IMG/VR virus record: IMGVR_UViG_3300045135_002615
Coordinates: 62,001-126,000 of that record
Reading direction: 5' to 3' (one strand)
Length of the DNA stretch: 64,000 bases
The translations under genes and the position numbers were made by a program. The notes under the pieces were generated by a model, which worked only from the letters and a program-made list of their open reading frames with translations, was not told the DNA's origin and made no database searches. The stretch's first letter is position 1. The number at the start of each line of letters is the position of its first letter. Positions 20,261 through 28,116 of this stretch are shown here, one piece after another.

Positions 20261-20620
20261 ATGTCTTATAGGAGACCTGTCACACCTTCATCCGTCTTAC
20301 CGCCTGACTTAATACGGGGGTATTACAACCGAGACGAACAAGCTATGTTAGAGGTCAGGTCATGGGTAGACAGGAATGGACTGATACTTCTTTTCACCTT
20401 TGGTAAGGTTAGGGGTGATGAGAGAGTTATCGTTGATGAACAAGGGGGCATCTATGTCGAGTGGGAGGCTCTACCTAAGAAGAAGGACTTATGTAGATGG
20501 CTTGGTGACATCTCAGTAGATACCTTGAGAGAAGCACTCACTCAAGAGTGGACTCGCAAACAGATGTTTGACGAGATAATTAAGACACCAATTACTGCAC
20601 CCAATGGTATAAGGGGTTGA
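20261..20620 (+). CDS. Hypothetical protein
   Basis: GGAGGG SD before ATG at 20261, adjacent to the upstream stop. Confidence 0.65.
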   Translation: MSYRRPVTPSSVLPPDLIRGYYNRDEQAMLEVRSWVDRNGLILLFTFGKVRGDERVIVDEQGGIYVEWEALPKKKDLCRWLGDISVDTLREALTQEWTRKQMFDEIIKTPITAPNGIRG

Positions 20621-20661
20621 GGGACTTGATCCCACTAACCCATTCATTTAGGAGTAATGCC

Positions 20662-20853
20662 ATGAGCATTCAGACTCGTATCGCAGCACTTAAGGATGTC
20701 ATCGCCGCACTTGAGGCAGACGCAATCAAGACCGACAATGGTAACAAGTCAGCGGGCACTCGTGTCCGTAAGGCACTCCAAGAGGTTGTCAACACCTCTA
20801 AGGAGATCCGCAAGGAGGTTCTTGAGGCACGCAATGAGGAGAACGCTAACTAA
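20662..20853 (+). CDS. Histone H1-like nucleoid protein (Hc1 family), 63 aa
   Basis: Signature GNKSAGTRVRKALQ..KEIRKEV; AGGAG SD. Confidence 0.8.
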   Translation: MSIQTRIAALKDVIAALEADAIKTDNGNKSAGTRVRKALQEVVNTSKEIRKEVLEARNEENAN

Positions 20854-20883
20854 GAGTTAGCTCTTCTTCCTTAAGAAGCTGTT

Positions 20884-20926
20884 AAAGCCCCGCTACTCTC
20901 AACACAGAGGTGGCGGGGCTTTTTTA
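20884..20926 (+). terminator. Rho-independent terminator
   Basis: AAAGCCCCGC...GCGGGGCTTT stem followed by T-tract after the Hc1 gene. Confidence 0.85.
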
Positions 20927-20953
20927 TGGTCGTTTAAGGATGGCTATGCAGTG

Positions 20954-20966
20954 ATAGTTACTTTAT
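20954..20966 (+). promoter_or_regulatory. Late-promoter motif ATA-GTTAC-TTTAT
   Basis: 41 nt upstream of ATG 21007, just after a terminator. Confidence 0.65.
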
Positions 20967-21006
20967 ATCTCCACCTCAACCAACACAACCCATAAAGGAG
21001 ATGTCC

Positions 21007-21891
21007 ATGAGACACCTAACAGCTAGTCAGAAAATCGCTCAGCTTGAAAACCGTATCGCCCACCTAGAGAAGCAAGCCTTCCTAGAAGGCATCCAACAAA
21101 AAGTCTCAGCTTGGATTGAAGCCAAGCTACCCTATAAGAGAGAAGTGAAGAAGGCAGTTCTTTCTGAGTACTCTATCAGGGACATGAAGAGTGCTGAAAA
21201 AGCAGCTAAATATGTGGTGAGGGATCTTAAAGATCCTCATCACATGACCGCCCTCAGCATGATTGTGAAGTCCGAGTCTACGTTCAAGGGTCGAGTGGAG
21301 ATGGCTCTCAATATTAAGAATCACCCTGAGATGTTTGAGGGGCGTACAGCGTCAGCGTTTGCTGTTGCCGCGTTGAGCGTAACAGCGTTACTTGTGGGTG
21401 TTGTTTGGACCTCGATTAAGCAGGTGTTCCGCCTTGCGTCACACAATAAGCAAGGCGGAATTCCCGTGATCGTGGGTGTCATCATCTCCATTTTGGGAGG
21501 TGTCGCTTTTCATGAGCTTCTTCTGACTCCTGAGAAAAAAACAAAAGAGATTGGGCACGCCATCTCAAGGGGTTTGATCGGTGAGCTCCCCGGAATTAAA
21601 TCAATAGAGAAGGTCTCAGAGAACATGGATGAGGTGGTCATAAAACTTGAGATTGCAGACACAGCAATGAAATACCCTACCGACATAGCTACTTTTTATC
21701 TCACCTTTGATACAACAAAGGATTATGTTTTCGTTGAAAACAGCTACATCAACGGGATAGCAGGGACATATGAAAATGTTTTAAAGAAGCTAGAGTCTCC
21801 AAGAGTTGAGGCTGAGTTGAGAGAAAAAATTAAGATTTGGGAAGATGACGATATTTTTCTTGGGCGAGATGACGATGACATGTCCATATAG
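21007..21891 (+). CDS. Leader-bearing membrane protein C (294 aa, two hydrophobic segments)
   Basis: Starts MRHLTASQKIAQLENRIAHLEKQA; hydrophobic stretches follow RTAS and KQGG. Confidence 0.8.
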   Translation: MRHLTASQKIAQLENRIAHLEKQAFLEGIQQKVSAWIEAKLPYKREVKKAVLSEYSIRDMKSAEKAAKYVVRDLKDPHHMTALSMIVKSESTFKGRVEMALNIKNHPEMFEGRTASAFAVAALSVTALLVGVVWTSIKQVFRLASHNKQGGIPVIVGVIISILGGVAFHELLLTPEKKTKEIGHAISRGLIGELPGIKSIEKVSENMDEVVIKLEIADTAMKYPTDIATFYLTFDTTKDYVFVENSYINGIAGTYENVLKKLESPRVEAELREKIKIWEDDDIFLGRDDDDMSI

Positions 21892-21900
21892 TATGAGAAC

Positions 21901-22449
21901 TTAATAGGTCGCCTTGTCCAGTGAGTCCTCTAGACTCTTCATTGAGAACCCGTACTCTCCATACAAGCGATGGAGCTCCATCACACCTGCTTCAGTAGGT
22001 GCAACTAGGTGTGATGAGTCCATGCCAAACACATGAGCTCTCACAAAGGTGTTATCTTTTTGGCAGATGTCCATTAAGGTACACCATCCTTGTTGGGCAG
22101 GTTGTACATCCCAATGGTTCACTTCATAGAGTACACCCTGTACTACATTTTCAAAGCGGCTTGGTGTGATTGAAGCCACCCCCACCTTATTAGAGGGGTC
22201 TGTAAAGATCAGACGATAACCTCGGATACTGCCTTGACCTTTCACCCTTGCAGAGGGGTACTTAGCTATCATTGTAGTGGGGTTCATATCGAGTCCGTAT
22301 GCGAAGATAAGTGCTTTCATAGTTGTATTCTTTCGTATGTGTTCGCCCGTCCAACCTGAACAGGTTTGGTTGGGTCTTGTAAGGCATTGAGCCCCCCTCG
22401 ACTTTGAAAGCTGCCTACCGCAGTATTTACAGACGTAGTCGGGCTCCAT
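21901..22449 (-). CDS. Gamma-glutamylcyclotransferase (GGCT/AIG2-like) protein with N-terminal Cys4 motif
   Basis: IFAYGLDMN...GYRLIF...GVA.I....VQGVLYEV; N-terminal CKYC..C..C; ATG at 22449 overlaps the upstream TAA. Confidence 0.8.
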   Translation of the reverse strand: MEPDYVCKYCGRQLSKSRGAQCLTRPNQTCSGWTGEHIRKNTTMKALIFAYGLDMNPTTMIAKYPSARVKGQGSIRGYRLIFTDPSNKVGVASITPSRFENVVQGVLYEVNHWDVQPAQQGWCTLMDICQKDNTFVRAHVFGMDSSHLVAPTEAGVMELHRLYGEYGFSMKSLEDSLDKATY

Positions 22450-22628
22450 TAATACCCGCCTGTATTGAACCAACCAGGACCTTTAAGGACGAAGCTCGTC
22501 CCACCGACTTGTCTCTCGGTGGGACCTTCACACTTCTTGCATGGAGGGAGAGGGTCTTCAAACTTCTGCATCTTAGTTGTGACTTCTTTACATTCAGGGT
22601 TTTTACACTCGAAGTTATAGATAGGCAT
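22449..22628 (-). CDS. FmdB-family zinc-ribbon protein (59 aa, not in the ORF track)
   Basis: Manual translation MPIYNFECKNPEC...PCKKC...FVLKGPGWFNTGGY; AGGA SD. Confidence 0.85.
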   Translation of the reverse strand: MPIYNFECKNPECKEVTTKMQKFEDPLPPCKKCEGPTERQVGGTSFVLKGPGWFNTGGY

Positions 22629-22631
22629 AGG

Positions 22632-22877
22632 TCATTGTCCTTTCTTTTTGTTGGTGGTGTCTCCACGCACTTTGCTTTGACGCTCCTCACGAGCTTTATT
22701 TTGGAGGGTGTTAAGGAGAGCTTGTAGGTCACGCCTGATCTTTTTAGCCATCATGTGTACATCTTCATCTGCCCATCCATCAGGGTCACGATTGCAACAA
22801 GAGATGATTGAGTTGATGTTGTCTAAGCAAGAGCCCGCTTTATCCATAGCGGAGCGAGCTGATCTGAGTGGTCTCAT
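22632..22877 (-). CDS. Small helical hypothetical protein
   Basis: GAAGGAG SD before ATG at 22877; first gene of the minus-strand cluster. Confidence 0.65.
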   Translation of the reverse strand: MRPLRSARSAMDKAGSCLDNINSIISCCNRDPDGWADEDVHMMAKKIRRDLQALLNTLQNKAREERQSKVRGDTTNKKKGQ

Positions 22878-22907
22878 AGGTTTTTCTCCTTCATGGGTGT
22901 TATACCG

Positions 22908-22920
22908 ATAGATCATTTAT
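22908..22920. promoter_or_regulatory. Bidirectional late-promoter motif ATAGATCATTTAT
   Basis: Matches the consensus on both strands; between divergent genes 22877(-) and 22962(+). Confidence 0.65.
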
Positions 22921-22961
22921 GGGTCAATGTGAGTTGAACTCATCGTGCTGGAGCATATCAG

Positions 22962-24422
22962 ATGGCAAGAACTGACTCCGAGAAAAGAGACATCTACAAG
23001 AAGTGGCATGAGCTGATCAACATGAGTGAAACGGCTCTTAAGTCATGGGCAGAAGATGATGACAGGCTTCTTGCGTCTATCAATAGGCAAGAGGCAAAGT
23101 CTGAAGGGGGTATCCAATCGGGCTATGATTCCTTCCATCGCATAAAAAGGCGTAAAAAAAAGCCTTTTAAGGAATGGTCGGACTCGGATTTCGATAATGC
23201 TAATCAAGAGATAGGCTTCAACTCACGGATGCTAGGAGGCACCCCTGGGAAACCTGTGTCCAATTCAGGGCGATCTAAATGGGAGATCAGTCTTAGGAAT
23301 TGGGGACACGATCCTTCGTTGAAGTCAAGCCCCGCACATAATAAATGGAAGTCATGGAAGAAGAAGCAAGAGGAAACCAACATGAAGAAGTCACACCAAG
23401 TCCGCGTCCTGAAGAGGGCGATTATAGCCACGAGAAACCGCCCTGACCTAGCCCCACAGAGGGAGGAGTACATCCGCCTTTTGAAAGCTCATAATAGCAG
23501 GGTAGCTTCGGGTGACCCTAATAAAGAGTTAGAGAAGCCAGCTAAGAAGCTTGGTTTGTCTAGGAAAGATATGTACGAGGCATGGCTTCCACTTTTAAAA
23601 AAAGTATCGGGTCTTATCAAGCCTGAGTATCAGGTTCAGATTTCCAAGTTCATTTCGAGTTATGGTCTTTTGGGATTCTTCAATGGGCTCTACAAGGACA
23701 CCATGAAGGGTACAATCAAGCCCTCAAATCCCGTTGAAAAATTCCTTGCCTCGATCTTCAAAGGCTTGAGTATCTCAAAGACCGCCGAGATGACCATCCG
23801 TGTCCTCCAAGCGGAGTCCTTGGATGATATTGCCGAGGTCGGTAGAGCACAAGGTCGGGATATGTTGGGAGAGTGGGGTCTAGGAGACGCTAAACTCAAA
23901 AAGCGTATGTATGAGAATAAAGTGGGACGTAACGTCACTTGGGAGGAGTTCGCTGAACAAGTCGAAGATAAAAGGTTGTACACCATGTTGGTGAAGTATC
24001 TAACCTATATTGAGGATTCTAAAATCTTTGGGGTTAAGCTCTTGTTCACCATTGTCAAAGGTGCAGGTGTTGCTTGGTTATTAGGAGGCACTCTCGCAGG
24101 GATTACTTTCGGCGTGGTTGCATTCCTTAAGTTCATTTTTGCTTTGGCGGTGTGCTTCGGTTGGCGTAATGCAGCTCAGTTTCTTCGTAAGACAGGGATT
24201 ATGCTCACCGCACTCGCCCCTTCAGTGCTCATAGACCTTGGGAGGGTCTTAGGACTCCCGTTTGATATATTCCATGGCATTGTAAACAAAGTGAGTCAAG
24301 CCACAGATGCCGTCGTTAACTTCTTCTCGAAGAAGGCGGTACAAGAAATCCGTATGCTACTTAGAGAGGACATGGACTTCCGCAGGGAGTTCTTGATCAC
24401 TCAAAAACGCAGACACATCTAA
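22962..24422 (+). CDS. DUF3140-like domain fused to a helical/membrane protein
   Basis: INMS..AL.SW ... SKWEISLRNWGHDP; hydrophobic C-terminal segments; possible internal start at 23382. Confidence 0.7.
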   Translation: MARTDSEKRDIYKKWHELINMSETALKSWAEDDDRLLASINRQEAKSEGGIQSGYDSFHRIKRRKKKPFKEWSDSDFDNANQEIGFNSRMLGGTPGKPVSNSGRSKWEISLRNWGHDPSLKSSPAHNKWKSWKKKQEETNMKKSHQVRVLKRAIIATRNRPDLAPQREEYIRLLKAHNSRVASGDPNKELEKPAKKLGLSRKDMYEAWLPLLKKVSGLIKPEYQVQISKFISSYGLLGFFNGLYKDTMKGTIKPSNPVEKFLASIFKGLSISKTAEMTIRVLQAESLDDIAEVGRAQGRDMLGEWGLGDAKLKKRMYENKVGRNVTWEEFAEQVEDKRLYTMLVKYLTYIEDSKIFGVKLLFTIVKGAGVAWLLGGTLAGITFGVVAFLKFIFALAVCFGWRNAAQFLRKTGIMLTALAPSVLIDLGRVLGLPFDIFHGIVNKVSQATDAVVNFFSKKAVQEIRMLLREDMDFRREFLITQKRRHI

Positions 24423-24440
24423 TAATCTTTTAATAAGAGC

Positions 24441-24471
24441 ACCCCTCTCGGAGCACCAATCTGAGAGGGGT
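24441..24471 (+). promoter_or_regulatory. 9-bp hairpin covering the SD of the Ntn-hydrolase gene
   Basis: ACCCCTCTC / GAGAGGGGT. Confidence 0.65.
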
Positions 24472-24478
24472 CTGTTAT

Positions 24479-25879
24479 ATGGATAAGAAAGCATGTGTCA
24501 TAGGGGTCACCCATATCAATGGGAAGAAGTACATCTTTAAAAACAGGGACAGGAACTATATCCCTGAGATTAAAGTCTATCATGTGCTGAGCGAGAATGG
24601 TACAGAGATACTCTACTTCAAAGACGAGATATCAGGGTGGGTTGAAGGGATCAATGAGCACGGCATCGTAGTAGCTAATGCCGCCCTCATGGTCTTGGAA
24701 GATGAAAAGGCGGGGCTTAAGAAGGGTAAGAAGGTTAGATTCTCTAAAGATGCTCACCGTATGATCTATGCACTCGACACCAACTCATTGATGGAAGCCC
24801 TACATAGGGTCACCCACTTCAAAACAGGAGTCAAGGGTCATACAACAGTGTCCAACGCTGAACACACCTACGTCATCGAGCGTACAAGTAAACATGATCC
24901 AAAGGTCGAGCTCGTCAATGAACCCCACTTCGTAAGAACCAATCATGGCGTCCACTACCCAGATGCAGGTTATCAAGTAGGTGCTGATAAAGAGTCCTCA
25001 CACACCCGTTATGAGACCGCTATGTCGGTTATGGAGTCAAGGAATAGAAGCCCTTACGACATCGTCAAGAAGTTCTTTAACAAGAGATTGAAAGATGTAC
25101 CCAATCCCAATAATGTAGTCCGTAAGACGGACAATATGTTCACCTCTAATCAGTTCATATTTGAACCCGCTAAGAGGAGGATGAATATGATATTGATCGA
25201 GGACGATTGCGTATTCCTCGGATACGAAAAGCACTTCTCTAAACCCGCTAAGTGCTCCTTCTCTGTGCGTAAAGTCAAGCCTGGTAAAGACGGGAAAGCC
25301 ATGCTTGAAAAGATTGAAGCAAAGCCCATCCAAGTAACACTCCCACCCCCTAATGAGAACGTACTTAGAGTCTTTGCGTATGGCTCGCTCATGTATGAGC
25401 CTGAGCTACCTGATCTAATCTGCGGTCAGAAGGTCTGTCACTTGAACGGTATGAGGCGTGTCTTTAATATTTACTCTCCATCAAGGAAGCATTCAGTCTT
25501 GGGTACTTGCCCTGGCGGTGCCATGCAGGGACTACTCCTTGAGTACCCTATCGAGAACGCTGAAGAAGTCATCAAGGCTCTTGATAAGCGTGAAGGGTTT
25601 AAGGAAGGTGACTCAAACAGCCTATACTTGAGAGAAGTTCGTAGAGCTTACTCCACCGAACACCCTCAAGGTGTTCCTTGTATCGTATACATCACTAATG
25701 AAGAACATGACTCATATGTTGGTCCTCGTGACGATCTGATTCAAGAGACAGTAGAATCTGAAGACCTGCAAGGATACCTAAGAGGTTGTTCAAGGTCGAT
25801 GACAAGCCATGGTGTTGAGGACAAGTACCTTGATCGAATCATACTCAAACTGAAGGAAGACCATAAGGTAAGGATATGA
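24479..25879 (+). CDS. Cys-type Ntn-hydrolase (C45/AAT-like) fused to a ChaC/GGCT-like domain
   Basis: A-C6-VIG...KNRD...EGINEHG...RTNH; C-terminal RVFAYGSLMY...LDKREG. Confidence 0.8.
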   Translation: MDKKACVIGVTHINGKKYIFKNRDRNYIPEIKVYHVLSENGTEILYFKDEISGWVEGINEHGIVVANAALMVLEDEKAGLKKGKKVRFSKDAHRMIYALDTNSLMEALHRVTHFKTGVKGHTTVSNAEHTYVIERTSKHDPKVELVNEPHFVRTNHGVHYPDAGYQVGADKESSHTRYETAMSVMESRNRSPYDIVKKFFNKRLKDVPNPNNVVRKTDNMFTSNQFIFEPAKRRMNMILIEDDCVFLGYEKHFSKPAKCSFSVRKVKPGKDGKAMLEKIEAKPIQVTLPPPNENVLRVFAYGSLMYEPELPDLICGQKVCHLNGMRRVFNIYSPSRKHSVLGTCPGGAMQGLLLEYPIENAEEVIKALDKREGFKEGDSNSLYLREVRRAYSTEHPQGVPCIVYITNEEHDSYVGPRDDLIQETVESEDLQGYLRGCSRSMTSHGVEDKYLDRIILKLKEDHKVRI

Positions 25880-26388
25880 TACAACTCCTCGCTAAGTTGT
25901 TAGGGATTAGAGAGGTCATCGTACCTTCTCCCATCTTCCACCACCATGTAGATGAGCCCCGTAAGTCAGGTCATACATTCTCAACCACCATTGAAGATAC
26001 ATACATGGAGTGGGACGTTGAGACCCTGTGGACACATAGCGAGAGCCTACCTGTTACCCAATGGGAGATACCCGACAGCTTCCTTGAAGAATGGAACTGG
26101 GGGTCAGATCACCCTTCTGAGCATATTGAGAGATGTCTTGAAGCCGACCTCTGTTATCCCATTCTCGTATGGGATGGGATCATCGTAGATGGCTGCCACC
26201 GAGCGGTCAAGTCTATTGCTCTAGGGTTTTCAACGATACCTTGTAAGGTCATTAACACCATGCCTCCCACCAATCACGACATCCATCCCCATGAGGAAGA
26301 GGAAAGCACGGGTAAGTGGACCCACGATGACATGGTTAAGATTTTAAGGGTTGTCTTAGATCAAACCCTCACCCCAAAAGATAAGTAG
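25876..26388 (+). CDS. ParB/sulfiredoxin-like domain protein
   Basis: EADLCYPILV..GIIVDGCHRAVKS; ATGA overlap with the upstream gene. Confidence 0.7.
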   Translation: MIQLLAKLLGIREVIVPSPIFHHHVDEPRKSGHTFSTTIEDTYMEWDVETLWTHSESLPVTQWEIPDSFLEEWNWGSDHPSEHIERCLEADLCYPILVWDGIIVDGCHRAVKSIALGFSTIPCKVINTMPPTNHDIHPHEEEESTGKWTHDDMVKILRVVLDQTLTPKDK

Positions 26389-26748
26389 GGGTTTGTCCCC
26401 CTTGCGGGAGATGCGGTACTCTGAGACATTGTGGATGGTGAAGCTAACCTTCCCGGACTTGTCTTTTAGAACCACTCCCTCCAAGAGAGTCAACTCACCT
26501 TCAATCAAGTAGGCTTTCTCTACCTCAACCTTGATTGAGGTGATGACCCTGTGTCTATCTCGATTGAAGGTAATTAGGTAAGTTGTATCCTTGGTTGTGA
26601 CCATATCCAAGAGTACCTCAACTTGACCGCCTTTACGGGTTAAGGTAGCCCCTTTGATCTGATTATAAGAAGGATCGAGGCAGCCCTCTACAGGGCTTGC
26701 CATACAAGGTGTGTTAAGCACCATCAACATTAAAAGAGCTCTGATCAT
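26356..26748 (-). CDS. Secreted/exported hypothetical protein
   Basis: Signal-peptide-like MIRALLMLMVLNTPCMAS; GGAG SD; ATGA overlap with the Myb gene. Confidence 0.6.
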   Translation of the reverse strand: MIRALLMLMVLNTPCMASPVEGCLDPSYNQIKGATLTRKGGQVEVLLDMVTTKDTTYLITFNRDRHRVITSIKVEVEKAYLIEGELTLLEGVVLKDKSGKVSFTIHNVSEYRISRKGDKPLLIFWGEGLI

Positions 26749-27350
26749 TGTGTTAGTCTCCAATACATTTTCTGCACGGTTGATTTTTTACGATTTAACT
26801 TTTCTGAGATGTCCTTCCAAGACAACCCATCTTCCTTCATCTTGAGGAGTTCATCTTTCTCCTCATCTGTCCACTTCTTTGTCTTTGTCTTTGTCTCAAG
26901 CATCAGGTCGTAAGCCTTTTTCCTACAAGCAGTAGCGGTCTTACCTAATGCTTCACCGATGTCTGACCAACTCAAGCCATCTTCAATGAGTGCCTCTAGT
27001 TGTTCTACCTGCTCATCTTTCCAACCTCTAGGGTTTAAGGTGAGCCCTAGTCTTGAGGCTTTGCTCTTAACAGCGGAATGTGTCTTACCTAGCTTGTTAG
27101 CAATACGCACTCCGCTCATACACCACCTTCGGCTTCGCAAGTAGGCAAGTTCTTCATCAGTCCATGTATTGCTTCGGTCAACTACAATGAAATCCCGTTC
27201 TTCTCTCAAACGGATGCCGAGCTTCAGGAGCCGACCTTTAACGGAATATTCGGAACGGTTGAGCCTCTCTGCGAGTTCTTTAGTAGTGCAAAAAGAAGCC
27301 ATCGTTTTGAGGATCAAGTCCTCTTCTTTCGTCCATCTTTTGTAGGTCAT
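26745..27350 (-). CDS. Protein with four Myb/SANT-like HTH repeats
   Basis: WTKEED, WTDEEL, WKDEQV, WTDEEK repeats, each followed by IA/LA..L.R/K(S/T). Confidence 0.85.
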   Translation of the reverse strand: MTYKRWTKEEDLILKTMASFCTTKELAERLNRSEYSVKGRLLKLGIRLREERDFIVVDRSNTWTDEELAYLRSRRWCMSGVRIANKLGKTHSAVKSKASRLGLTLNPRGWKDEQVEQLEALIEDGLSWSDIGEALGKTATACRKKAYDLMLETKTKTKKWTDEEKDELLKMKEDGLSWKDISEKLNRKKSTVQKMYWRLTQ

Positions 27351-27393
27351 ATAAGTGCCTCTCTAATCAGTATGTTATAGAGGCACTTATATG
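27348..27393 (-). promoter_or_regulatory. Perfect 15-bp inverted repeat covering the SD and start codon of the Myb gene
   Basis: CATATAAGTGCCTCT (27348-27362) / AGAGGCACTTATATG (27379-27393), 16-nt loop. Confidence 0.75.
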
Positions 27394-27395
27394 TT

Positions 27396-28064
27396 TCAGT
27401 GCATACTACCCCTGAGCATCTTGAGCACCTTGACTATTTTTGACACATCTGCCGCACGGAACGAACTCTCTAACTCATTATACTTTGTACGCAAGGGTTT
27501 GCGAGCCTTCTTAATGAGTCCATCAATCGTCTTGATCGCGGGCTGTGATCTACGGTCTTTGAATTCGAGGAGGAAAGACCTCAGAGCTTCAAGGGGGCGA
27601 GGGTCAAGTTCAAGCCCTGCCTGGGTAAGACCAACCATAGGCTGTATACGATCAATCCAGTAGTCAAGCTCTTTAGCTTTGAAGAGTGTCCTATCACCCT
27701 TAAAGGCTTTTGGGTTCGTGTCTATGGGATACTTTCCATAGAGCACCTGACCTCCTCTATGAGGTCCTCTTTTACTGAAGATTGAGAAGTACCCTTGATG
27801 CACACGCTCTTTGATCTCCTCATGAAGAAACTGCATCGCTTCACTCTCTGTGTAGAACCGATGTGACTTCTTAACAGACATGCTGGGTGAAGATTCTAAG
27901 ACTTGTATCTCGTTGCCCTTGACCACAGCCTCATATTTCCTCCACTTCTTATGGGGGAAGAACAAGGCTACTGCGATTTGGTCTTTCAAGAGGTCGCCCT
28001 CATGATAAACCTTAGTGCCCTTTGGCATCTTCAAAGTGGGGGTTTCAAACGCTCTCTTTAACAT
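27396..28064 (-). CDS. Basic protein with possible WGR-like segment
   Basis: F.TESEAMQFLHEEIKERVHQGY resembles the WGR C-terminal helix; late motif at 28104-28116. Confidence 0.5.
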   Translation of the reverse strand: MLKRAFETPTLKMPKGTKVYHEGDLLKDQIAVALFFPHKKWRKYEAVVKGNEIQVLESSPSMSVKKSHRFYTESEAMQFLHEEIKERVHQGYFSIFSKRGPHRGGQVLYGKYPIDTNPKAFKGDRTLFKAKELDYWIDRIQPMVGLTQAGLELDPRPLEALRSFLLEFKDRRSQPAIKTIDGLIKKARKPLRTKYNELESSFRAADVSKIVKVLKMLRGSMH

Positions 28065-28103
28065 GACATCACACCTTTATCAATCGTTGGTGATAGAGCA
28101 ACG

Positions 28104-28116
28104 ATAAATCATCTAT
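28104..28116 (-). promoter_or_regulatory. Late-promoter motif ATA-GATGA-TTTAT
   Basis: 40 nt upstream of ATG 28064. Confidence 0.65.

Noticed and set aside
22404-22732. ORFs 22427..22732(-) and 22404..22727(+)
   Set aside because: Displaced by the FmdB zinc-ribbon ORF 22449..22628, which has a family motif and exact TAATG coupling
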